From NCBI GenBank assembly GCA_044236265.1, contig JBIIGV010000004.1, positions 1 through 56,845 of the forward strand: a stretch of 56,845 bases of DNA, read 5' to 3'. This stretch comes from Oligoflexales bacterium (lineage in GTDB: Bacteria; Bdellovibrionota_B; Oligoflexia; Oligoflexales; RGVZ01). The notes beneath the pieces are model-generated. The model was not told the origin of the DNA and did no database searches. It was given only the letters and a program-made list of their open reading frames with translations. Below are positions 17,799 to 26,710 of this stretch, one piece after another; within the stretch, counting starts at the first letter, position 1; every line of letters starts with the position of its first letter. A program made the translations under genes and the position numbers.

Positions 17799-20700
17799 TT
17801 AGTCCTTGGCGAATACCTGAATGCGATTAATGCCACCATCCGGATAAGTACGAATTTTCAATTCACCCGTTTTCATGGGCGTCGACACGCGAATTTCCTT
17901 GCGATCACCAGCAAACGCTTTTGCAGGAAGTTTGCCTGCTATATCAACCCATTCAGATCCACGTTTGGCAAAAACCTGAACATATAGGGGGTTATTGTTC
18001 ACAAAGTATTTGAAATCCAGAATGATTCGACCAACATCGATATCTCCGGACAGAGCTAATACGACCTCATCAAAGTGGTCAGGCGTGCGACTTCTAGATG
18101 ACTCCATGCCGTCAAACATATTAAGCGGTGGAAACGGTGAAATGACATTTTTCGCTGGGCTGTAATGTTCGTTCGTAGCACTAATAATCCGTGCTCCCAG
18201 AGCCGCAGAAGCAAAGTCAAAAGGACCACGCTTCGCTCGCCTCACGTTCAACTGAATCTCAGCGTCGGACGGATCGTAATCTAGCGTCATGGGCTTTATG
18301 CCCTTAGGCACAGGCTCACTATAACGCTGACAGAATGACTTCGCCAAAGGCACAAAATCCTTAGCTAGATCATTTGGCAGGGAACTATAAAGACCCACTC
18401 TGGTTAAGCCGCCATCCGGGTGCATCTCGATCCTAACCTGCGATATACGACTCGTCTCAGCAGGAAGCTTGATAAGTCTAAACCCATGACCATCCATAGG
18501 TGTCTTCGGCAGTAACTCTGACCAGGCACCCTCTTCTCCATCACGACCGAGAATTCGTACAGCCTGCGCCTGATTACCGTCATGGTACTTAGTCGACAGT
18601 TTCACAAACGATACCGTACCGGGCACCCTCAAATCGAGATCCAACATATCAAAAGGCAGAGGATTGTGTCGCGTTGACTCCCAACTATCCATAATCTTAC
18701 CCTGCCGTCCATAGAGGGCTGGATCGTATTCAGGCTCTCCGGGATTAAAAACGTTTTCGGCGCGAGCAAAAATATGATTCGTGACCCGACGAACGCTAGC
18801 ATCGGTCAATAAATTATATTTTGCCAGCGGATCGATCCGACCACTTCGCTGAATCACCTCGGGCAACATCGGCTTGAAGGCGTCAAATATCAGTTTTTTG
18901 TAACCCAGATTGACGATCTGCTCCTGACCCAACTTGGAATAATCAAATCCAGCCGCAAAGCGGGCGAAATCAATTCCAGATACATCGAGTCGCTTCAGCA
19001 ATAGCTGCGTCACCTCAGATATGTAAAGCACGCCGGAATTGTCGGCATTACAAAGCACGACAAAGCCTTTTCCGGAGTCTGGTCCTGCAAAGCAGTGAAC
19101 GTAAATCGCCCTAAAGCCTTCATTGGCACCTTGGTGCACCGCCAAGCGATTATCCCCGGCCTCTGCAACAAAAACACCAAGTCCCATGTCACAGCCCATA
19201 AAGTCTCGACAACCCAAGTCGCGCCCATGAAGCATGAGGCGTGCCGTGTCATGGGAGATGGGCCCAGATCCTTCCAAATTAACGTATGCACGTCCTAGAT
19301 GACGCAAGAATCCAAGCATGGCTTCAGCAGAACCCATAGCGCCCGCTGCAAAAGCGGGAAACAGAAGTCTTCCACCTGGTACAACTTTACCATCATCAAA
19401 ATAACCGTCCGCATAGGAACGACCCAGAATGTCGTGCTGCTCGAACGTCAATTCATTGGGCGAAATTTTTCCAAGGAAGTCTTTTGTGAGATCTTTAATT
19501 TTCTTTCCTGACATCACTTCCATTAAATGTTCAAGAACAAGAAAACCGGCACCTGAATACTTAAATACGGAGCCAGGCTCCGAAATAATATCAACCGGTT
19601 CGTAACCGTAGCCAGGTCCATCAATCAAAATATCGCCACTAGACGGCACTTCGCCAGTCTTGGGAAAGCCTTTAACGTAGTGCATGTTCAAGGCACTATG
19701 GCTCATGAGATGCTGAACGGAAACCGCGTCGGCCCAAGAACTATCACCCTTCAGACTTTTCAATCGAAATTTTGATTTCGCTTCCGCAAAAAGCTTGTTT
19801 ACAGACGCATCGCTGCGAATTCCCCGTTCTGCAAAAAACTCCATGGCAAAGGCTGACGCCAGGGTTTTACTCAAAGACGCCAATTCAAACAACGTGTGTT
19901 CATTGACAGGGCTCTGACCGCGAACAGCGTCTCCCCAGCAAATTGGTTGAATATCTCGACCGTCGGTGACTGCAACTTGTGACCCAGTGACTTTATATTT
20001 CTTGGCGATTTCTGATAAATCCGAAAAAACCGAATCAACCGGTGATTCATTCATTCGCTTTAAAGCAATGCTCCACAACGCGTCCTGAGCATTTTTAATT
20101 TCCGTCTCTTTGCTGTTTAGAATTCGTGTTTTGAGTGCGTCCAGCAAATCTTTACCAGAACGACCCTGAGCAAAAACTAGAAATTTAAACCCAAACTTGT
20201 CGCGGTATTTAAGGCCTATGTCACGAAGCTGCCCAAGAATTTCGTCACTACTTTCACTGGCTTTCTGTTGCTCAACTCGCGCACGACCATCGAGCGTCTT
20301 GGGCGACTCACCGATGTCTCCGTGAAAACTAGCTGCCTCAACAATGTCGCTGACTGAAAAATTGTTAACGACCGACTCGCCAAATGATCGGTCAAGAAAT
20401 GGTTTTGCCGCCATTTGCGACGCAAAGGATTCTGAACCACAGCACTCGAAATAGTAATTCCAACGTTCGATGTAAGAGTCCAACTTATATTTCAAAGGAT
20501 CAAGCTGTTGCACCTTGGCCCAAGGATTCAGGTCATTTCGAATCTCCGGCACAGTAAATGGAAGTAAAAGCTCAGAGGCAAATTCGACGGGAGTCTTGGC
20601 CGCCATCAGCTGGACCATCAATTTGAAAGCCACCGGATACCATTTTTCCGTGCGTTCATCCCATTTAACTTGAACAATCTTTTTTTCATCCGAGAGATCT

Positions 20701-22532
20701 TTGCGGATGAATCGCATTTCTTCCTGGGCAATACGGAGGAAATCCTCCAACTTAAATCGACCGTGATAAATCTCATGCCACACTTCCCAGCGAGAGCGCT
20801 CGGCTGTCGCAAGGTCATCCATAACTCTAACCGGTATTCCATCAATAATAGTCGGCAATGCCACACAACCATTTCCAGAAAGCCAATCAGTTATATATTG
20901 CAAAGATTGAAAAACGTTGTAGCGAATCTCATCTGGATGGTTGTTTGGGACGTAGTCGGACTCCTTGATGTCAGCCACCAGAAGTGAGCGCACGTAGTTC
21001 GGATCCTTTGGATCAAGACCTTTGATGTCTTCTCCACGAATAAAGGCGTCAACCTCTTTGCGATAACTTTCAGAAAATATTTCTTTTGTTAACTTGAAGA
21101 GTGGCGCGTGATCGCCTTTTTCGTAACGGCGCCAAGCCTCGATGATCGCAAGGCCCAAGCGAACAAAGTCCGGGTGTGCCACCCAGTACCCTGTCAAATC
21201 TCGCTTTAGCTGCGTGATGACATCCTTGAAAAAACCTTTCAAGGCGACCTGAAACGACGGGCTTGTGATGTCAGTTGATTGCGGAAGGATGCCGTACATC
21301 CCACCAACTTTAACTCCACCACGCGAACCCACCACATCAGCCAGCAAAGAGTGCGAAGCCTTGATGTACTTGATGACAATATTAGGATCGGCCTTGACCG
21401 GAATACGGTAATTCGAATCTTCCTTAAATAAACGCGCCGTCGACGCCAAATAGTCGTGCCAGCCTAACGATGCACCAACAAAATAAGGATGCAGCGCGTC
21501 CATGATTTCATGCGTGCGCAGGATGGCCCGCGGATTTTCCAAAACAATCATCAAACGAATCGTACCAAGCTTGTACTCGGGATGACGCGCCTTGATCATC
21601 TCTTCGGCAGTAGCAATCATCGTATGGATGTAGCGGGCCTCTTCCTCATTTTCAAGCTTGGGAACATAAAACGAAAGTGACTTCGGATTGTGCCAGTTTT
21701 TGAATAAATGCAGAGCGAAGTCGTACAAATGCAGAGGAATCGGGCTATCTTTGTAGAATAAAAATGTGCATGGAAGTGCCAACCCAGGAAAACGCTTCAT
21801 GGGTGCCGATAAATGCGTACTAGCAAGCTCGTAATTCTTATTTCCCTCTTTTAGAGTCAGGGTCCCATCAAAACAGCCAGTGAGATTGACGCCAGCGTCA
21901 ATTAAATCCTGCCTCAACGGCGTTTTAGAATCCTCATCATCTGCACCCCATTTAGGCGCAGCGTTCTGCGTCGCAAGCAACTCCTCAATAATTGCAGGCT
22001 CGCCCTTCAGCTTACGATGATAGGCATTCATTGCGTTGATGGCCATTTTCGCGGAGTCTGGGGGACCGAACAGAGTTACATGCGGTCCCTGCAAATAGTC
22101 GGGAATTGGAGCAACCGGATTGCCACCAGACGTGCAGTATGAATCTGATTTCGGACCGACAACAATACGGCCATCCGCATCCTCCAATCCGATGACTGTT
22201 TTGTAATCAGGATCTAGAAAATCTCGGTGCAGTTTTTCGTTGAATTCAAAACATGCACGAGCACGCTCGTCGATAAATTTGCGGTCTAAAATTCTCTGCG
22301 CCAGAACCTTAGCGAGTTTCGGCTTCACTCGCTGGTAGAGTGTGACAAGAAACGACAAAGACTCAGCAGTCTCAAGCCCACCCGTCGCTCCGATATGCCG
22401 AAGACCATCGACGCCTGGCATCGTTGCCGCCTGCGACAACAAATGCCGAGCCAAGGTCGGCGAAATAAAGTCGTGGTAGTAAGGAATCTCAAAAAAAGGT
22501 TCCACATTGCGCTGATTATTTTGTGTTTTCAT
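17799..22532 (-). CDS. Four-domain fusion: malate synthase + OHCU decarboxylase + beta-lactamase-family serine hydrolase + allantoicase
   Basis: Uninterrupted 1577-aa ORF. Malate synthase (aa ~40-665): ADDEDS, KR247FPG, YVPKLE, VLE332N, GWHD360Y, WVAHP, GNGCV, MDD573LATAERSR. UraD (~690-828): H737GDIG, E754Q, YRDKFGFKFLV, IALKRM. Serine hydrolase (~832-1183): FELAS886LSK, LMSHS, FKY992SG, H1133QG. Allantoicase (~1238-1577): two repeats, each ending in PDGG. Confidence 0.88.
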   Translation of the reverse strand: MKTQNNQRNVEPFFEIPYYHDFISPTLARHLLSQAATMPGVDGLRHIGATGGLETAESLSFLVTLYQRVKPKLAKVLAQRILDRKFIDERARACFEFNEKLHRDFLDPDYKTVIGLEDADGRIVVGPKSDSYCTSGGNPVAPIPDYLQGPHVTLFGPPDSAKMAINAMNAYHRKLKGEPAIIEELLATQNAAPKWGADDEDSKTPLRQDLIDAGVNLTGCFDGTLTLKEGNKNYELASTHLSAPMKRFPGLALPCTFLFYKDSPIPLHLYDFALHLFKNWHNPKSLSFYVPKLENEEEARYIHTMIATAEEMIKARHPEYKLGTIRLMIVLENPRAILRTHEIMDALHPYFVGASLGWHDYLASTARLFKEDSNYRIPVKADPNIVIKYIKASHSLLADVVGSRGGVKVGGMYGILPQSTDITSPSFQVALKGFFKDVITQLKRDLTGYWVAHPDFVRLGLAIIEAWRRYEKGDHAPLFKLTKEIFSESYRKEVDAFIRGEDIKGLDPKDPNYVRSLLVADIKESDYVPNNHPDEIRYNVFQSLQYITDWLSGNGCVALPTIIDGIPVRVMDDLATAERSRWEVWHEIYHGRFKLEDFLRIAQEEMRFIRKDLSDEKKIVQVKWDERTEKWYPVAFKLMVQLMAAKTPVEFASELLLPFTVPEIRNDLNPWAKVQQLDPLKYKLDSYIERWNYYFECCGSESFASQMAAKPFLDRSFGESVVNNFSVSDIVEAASFHGDIGESPKTLDGRARVEQQKASESSDEILGQLRDIGLKYRDKFGFKFLVFAQGRSGKDLLDALKTRILNSKETEIKNAQDALWSIALKRMNESPVDSVFSDLSEIAKKYKVTGSQVAVTDGRDIQPICWGDAVRGQSPVNEHTLFELASLSKTLASAFAMEFFAERGIRSDASVNKLFAEAKSKFRLKSLKGDSSWADAVSVQHLMSHSALNMHYVKGFPKTGEVPSSGDILIDGPGYGYEPVDIISEPGSVFKYSGAGFLVLEHLMEVMSGKKIKDLTKDFLGKISPNELTFEQHDILGRSYADGYFDDGKVVPGGRLLFPAFAAGAMGSAEAMLGFLRHLGRAYVNLEGSGPISHDTARLMLHGRDLGCRDFMGCDMGLGVFVAEAGDNRLAVHQGANEGFRAIYVHCFAGPDSGKGFVVLCNADNSGVLYISEVTQLLLKRLDVSGIDFARFAAGFDYSKLGQEQIVNLGYKKLIFDAFKPMLPEVIQRSGRIDPLAKYNLLTDASVRRVTNHIFARAENVFNPGEPEYDPALYGRQGKIMDSWESTRHNPLPFDMLDLDLRVPGTVSFVKLSTKYHDGNQAQAVRILGRDGEEGAWSELLPKTPMDGHGFRLIKLPAETSRISQVRIEMHPDGGLTRVGLYSSLPNDLAKDFVPLAKSFCQRYSEPVPKGIKPMTLDYDPSDAEIQLNVRRAKRGPFDFASAALGARIISATNEHYSPAKNVISPFPPLNMFDGMESSRSRTPDHFDEVVLALSGDIDVGRIILDFKYFVNNNPLYVQVFAKRGSEWVDIAGKLPAKAFAGDRKEIRVSTPMKTGELKIRTYPDGGINRIQVFAKD

Positions 22533-22574
22533 GAGGATAAGCCTAGCCGCCCGTGGCCCTTATGGCAACCATGA

Positions 22575-24413
22575 TTATTGGTCATTAGCCATGCGCAGGG
22601 CGGTTTCTATGGCAATTTTGGCAACCTGGGCTGAGAACTCGAGGTCAATATTGGCGGCGACATCGGTCGACTGGTGGTAGTTCGGATTGTTGCTCTCTGG
22701 TTGGGAGTAGTCCATATCCTCATTAAACAGAATGCCTGGATATCCTCGAAACTCGAATTCGAGCAAATCCGTCTGAAAGACACTGTTACGCAGACGATTC
22801 CGCGGTTGATAAACGGCTTCAATACGCCCACCAGCAAGATCTTTGGCGGCGTCAAGAGCCATAGCAGCAAATCTTTCTGACCCCGGAACGGCTGTTGGAC
22901 TGATCTGGAACCGCAGAGAATCGGGCTGATGCGAACCTATAAAATCGGTGATGATAACACCATAAATATCCTTTTTATCGCGCATCATTTCAGACAGGAA
23001 ATGGCGCGCGCCCAGATCGACAGCGGGAAATTCTTCGCCAGTCAGATGAACTAACCAAATTGGGCGTTTTGGTTTGACTCCGCGCAATACCTTAGCACTC
23101 TGTAATAATAGTGATGTGGCCGTACTGTTATCATTTGCCCCAGGCGTTGTGACACGTTGACCGGTGCTTTCAAACACGTCTTCAGCAATTGCTGAATCGA
23201 TATGATCAGCTAACACAATTGGTGGCAAAGTTGGGTCTTGCCCTTCAATGATAGCTATCAAATTTGACTGCGGAAGGCCTCGCCATTGAAAACGCTGCCG
23301 AGTCGTTGGAATTGACAACTCTTTGTAGCGCAACTCCAGATAATCTACCATGCGCTCGAGATCATGACCGACCTGATGGGATCCCTTCTTCCTGAAAGGC
23401 TTCAACGCTGAGCCATTTGGGAGTCGCGGTTCAAGCTCTCCATCGGCAATCTTGATGTCACGTTCATAGTCTTTTGTAAACGAAGCGGGCCAAGAGCGAA
23501 CAAGAACTGGCGATTGTATGGGATCGGGGAGTTCATTGGGAGCTTTAAGCCAATTGACAGACTCAGACCATTGCAAGCGGCTCTGATTGACCTTAAAAGA
23601 GAAAACCAAGTAGCGATCATTAAAGAAAGCGGGCGGATTTACACAGTAGGCATCATAGGCTCCACGTTTTGTTAATTCAGACCGCCATTTTGCTCGATCC
23701 ACCGAGTACGGATCAGACCACGCTTTTACTACCTTTTGAGTTTTGCGATCTACAAAGACGCAGTTTCCATATAGGGGCTGGTCATAAAGACCTGGACGCT
23801 CCAAAAAATCTGCAAATATTTCTATTTCATCATCAGCATGTGACGGGTGAAGCAAATAAGCAAACAACGGATCGCCACCCACCGCCGCTGCACCGCGTCC
23901 GTGATCATGCTTACTGCGATAGCGACGTGCATCTTCTGTTGTGAACCACCGCCATACGGCGTCTTTTCCACGCCAACGAGCGAACACCCATTCAAATTGA
24001 CCGTTCTCATCAAGGCTCGGCCAAGCCTGCACCTCAAAGGAAGCTTCTCCTGTCATCTTGGCGAGTAAACTTATCCGCGACTCGACCTTTGCTTTCAGAT
24101 CAGCGGGCAAACGAGGGATTGGTCGTGCGGAAGCGCCTAAGACGATCTCTCTGGACGATAAACCCACAAACAGAGGGAAATATCGCTCAGAAGAGTTTGG
24201 CGTGTTGAGCCATGGCTTTGACGGCAGTTCTCGAATCAAATCAGAATATTCTGCGGCGTCTGCGAATAGGTCACCTGCGCTCGCAGAAACCGCGCTCTGA
24301 TTCGCTGTCGCACGACAACTGAATAAACAAAATACAACTATACTTAGGACAAACGAATGTCGAAGACTCGAGCACGCGGATGTCGTCGATCCGCCATGAT
24401 CATGCGCGAACAT
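22575..24413 (-). CDS. M28 family metallopeptidase, probable lipoprotein
   Basis: LFSC lipobox-like motif, NLIAII, ADHIDS, PGANDNST, TGEEFP and NYHQSTD. Start uncertain. Confidence 0.8.
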   Translation of the reverse strand: MFAHDHGGSTTSACSSLRHSFVLSIVVFCLFSCRATANQSAVSASAGDLFADAAEYSDLIRELPSKPWLNTPNSSERYFPLFVGLSSREIVLGASARPIPRLPADLKAKVESRISLLAKMTGEASFEVQAWPSLDENGQFEWVFARWRGKDAVWRWFTTEDARRYRSKHDHGRGAAAVGGDPLFAYLLHPSHADDEIEIFADFLERPGLYDQPLYGNCVFVDRKTQKVVKAWSDPYSVDRAKWRSELTKRGAYDAYCVNPPAFFNDRYLVFSFKVNQSRLQWSESVNWLKAPNELPDPIQSPVLVRSWPASFTKDYERDIKIADGELEPRLPNGSALKPFRKKGSHQVGHDLERMVDYLELRYKELSIPTTRQRFQWRGLPQSNLIAIIEGQDPTLPPIVLADHIDSAIAEDVFESTGQRVTTPGANDNSTATSLLLQSAKVLRGVKPKRPIWLVHLTGEEFPAVDLGARHFLSEMMRDKKDIYGVIITDFIGSHQPDSLRFQISPTAVPGSERFAAMALDAAKDLAGGRIEAVYQPRNRLRNSVFQTDLLEFEFRGYPGILFNEDMDYSQPESNNPNYHQSTDVAANIDLEFSAQVAKIAIETALRMANDQ

Positions 24414-24419
24414 CTGCTG

Positions 24420-25115
24420 TCACTCCATCTTCATGATCAATTCGTGCTTATACCAGGGCTGACCTTTGGTTATGGTCATCCCGAAATTATAAACTTTCTG
24501 GTTCCCATCAACATCGTGCCAACGGTCCAAAAACTCGTACGTTGGTATGAATGTGTAGTGCCCAAAAGTACTAGGATCCATGAAATAGATGTTTTTTTCG
24601 TCATAGCCAATTGCCACCGAGAAGTGTCCATCCTCCCAATCTGACGGGTAATCGTGGCCAGGAACCTCCAAGTCTGCCCAGGCCTGCAGCAGCACCAAGA
24701 CCGGCACGCCCTGATCAATGGAAGACTTAAGACCCTCTAGTGTCCAATTGTAGTGGGCCTTGACCTCAAAACCTTCAGCTTCGGAGAACCGCACAATGTC
24801 TCTAACCAGCGTCCCATCGACATCGTTGGAACGAAGCTCTTTGGCAAGATCCGCCTCGAGATAAACCTTAGATTGATCGTAATAATAAAGAATAGAAGCT
24901 AGAGCGGACGGTCCACAAGTGTAGTTCATTCCCTGACGAGTTAGGGGTACACGAATTAGATTTTTTGGCTGAGATTGCATTGGATCACTTTCGGAAACGC
25001 GTTGGGTCAGCGATCGCCCTGCCTTCAGCAGGAGCGTCTGACCGATGGCTCCCGAAGCTGCGACGAACAACAATGTCTTTACGAGAATCGAAATCTTTCG
25101 CACAGCGACCTTCAT
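24420..25115 (-). CDS. Stand-alone C39-like cysteine peptidase, probably exported
   Basis: QGMNYTCGPSALASIL, GHFSVAIGYD and YFMDP; hydrophobic N-terminus. Confidence 0.8.
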   Translation of the reverse strand: MKVAVRKISILVKTLLFVAASGAIGQTLLLKAGRSLTQRVSESDPMQSQPKNLIRVPLTRQGMNYTCGPSALASILYYYDQSKVYLEADLAKELRSNDVDGTLVRDIVRFSEAEGFEVKAHYNWTLEGLKSSIDQGVPVLVLLQAWADLEVPGHDYPSDWEDGHFSVAIGYDEKNIYFMDPSTFGHYTFIPTYEFLDRWHDVDGNQKVYNFGMTITKGQPWYKHELIMKME

Positions 25116-25331
25116 GATTTAAATTGCTAGCCGGCAAGTCCTTCCCTATATTAGGCAGCCGCTTAACTCACGGCAACTGAGTTTTGCGGCCATGGAGAAA
25201 ACAAAATTTACTGAGACACGTATGTGGCAAACGAAGCTACAAACCTAGTGACAATGGGCTGCGTAGTAAACATGCAGCCAAATCATTGATGGTCTCAATA
25301 GTCGTTGTTAAGTCGCTGGTGGAGAATGATC

Positions 25332-26669
25332 ATGATGAATAATAAAAACGCACTTGAACCCATGATTAAAACTGAACTTCCTGGCCCCCTCGGACGAGCC
25401 ATCATTGCGCGCGATGCCGCGTTTGCATCACCATCTTTGATTAAAGAGTACGCACTTGTAGCCGATCGCGGCCAAGGTTGCTTTATTGATGATGTCGATG
25501 GCAATCGCTTCCTCGACATGATGGCAGGCATTGCCGTTAGCAGCACCGGCTATGCCCACCCCCATGTTATGGGCGCTGTTAAAGAAGCGATCGAGCGTGT
25601 TTGGCACATTTGCGGCACTGATTTTTACACTGAAGCTTATACTCGTCTCATGGAAAAGCTTGGCTCCTACGTGCCACAAATGGGACAAAAAAAGATATTT
25701 CTTGCCAACACTGGAACCGAGGCCATCGAAGGGGCCATGAAACTGGCTCGCTACCACACAAAGCGCAAAGGCTTTATGTCTTTTTATGGTGGATTTCACG
25801 GGCGGACCTTGGGCGCATTGAGTCTGACGGCATCAAAAGTTAAATATCGTGATCATTTTGGCCCTTTTATTCCAGGCGTCGTGCACGGAAGATTCCCAAA
25901 TCCGGCAGATTGCCCCAAAGGAATGAGCGAGGAAGAATTTGGTCTAAAAGCGATTGATGAGATTAAAACGACCCTTTTTGATCGCATTATGGCACCTACT
26001 GAGTTGGCCGCCATTTTTGTAGAACCTATTCAAGGTGAAGGCGGTTATGTGACGCCGCCGCGCTCCTTTTTGAAGGGACTCCGTCAACTCTGTGATCAGC
26101 ACGGAATTCTCCTAGTGTTTGATGAAATTCAATCCGGAGTGGGTCGAACGGGACATATGTTTGCTGCCGAATATTTTGATGTGGCGCCTGACATCATCAC
26201 ATCGGCCAAAGGCCTTGGATCAGGACTTCCCATTGGCGCCATTATTGCAAAAGACTCGGTCATGACCTGGGGACGAGGAACTCACGGCAGTACGTTTGGG
26301 GGAAATAATGTCAGTTGTGCCGCAGCTGTCGCCACGCTTGAAGTGGTTGAAACACTTCTGCCCGCGATTCGCGAAAACGGCACTTATCTGTCGAGACGCT
26401 TAAAAGATCTATCGGCTAAGCATCCGGTAATCGCCGATGTTAGAGGTCCTGGTTTTATGATTGGCATGGAACTGCGAGACCCCAACTCTGGACGACCCGT
26501 GCCTGAGATGATGGCCGAGCTTGAACAGATCGCCTTCCGCAAAGGCCTCTTACTTTTGGGTTGCGGCCAATCAACGATCAGATTCGCTCCGCCACTGGTT
26601 TGCGGCAAACACGAAATTGATATTGCGGTGCGTCTACTTGACGCCAGTCTTTCACAAATAAAGGCTTAA
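25332..26669 (+). CDS. Class III PLP aminotransferase (4-aminobutyrate/acetylornithine aminotransferase-like)
   Basis: DVDGNRFLD, NTGTEAIEGA, GFHGRT, EPIQGEGGY, DEIQSGVGRTG, SAKG (PLP Lys) and HGSTFGGN. Start chosen after GGAG. Confidence 0.9.
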   Translation: MMNNKNALEPMIKTELPGPLGRAIIARDAAFASPSLIKEYALVADRGQGCFIDDVDGNRFLDMMAGIAVSSTGYAHPHVMGAVKEAIERVWHICGTDFYTEAYTRLMEKLGSYVPQMGQKKIFLANTGTEAIEGAMKLARYHTKRKGFMSFYGGFHGRTLGALSLTASKVKYRDHFGPFIPGVVHGRFPNPADCPKGMSEEEFGLKAIDEIKTTLFDRIMAPTELAAIFVEPIQGEGGYVTPPRSFLKGLRQLCDQHGILLVFDEIQSGVGRTGHMFAAEYFDVAPDIITSAKGLGSGLPIGAIIAKDSVMTWGRGTHGSTFGGNNVSCAAAVATLEVVETLLPAIRENGTYLSRRLKDLSAKHPVIADVRGPGFMIGMELRDPNSGRPVPEMMAELEQIAFRKGLLLLGCGQSTIRFAPPLVCGKHEIDIAVRLLDASLSQIKA

Positions 26670-26710
26670 AATCTTTTTATTCAGTCACTTGTCGAAGCCC
26701 TTGAAGGAGC

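Noticed and set aside
18984..20039. Antibiotic-resistance beta-lactamase
   Set aside because: It is an internal domain of a cytoplasmic metabolic fusion with no signal peptide, and has YSG and HQG instead of YxN and KTG.
22575..24413. M28 protein as an allantoate or ureidoglycolate amidohydrolase
   Set aside because: Those are cytoplasmic M20 enzymes; this one has M28 motifs and a lipoprotein-like signal.
25332..26669. Aminotransferase as the ureidoglycine transaminase of purine catabolism
   Set aside because: PucG/HpxJ are class V enzymes; this one is class III, and the allantoicase route does not produce ureidoglycine.
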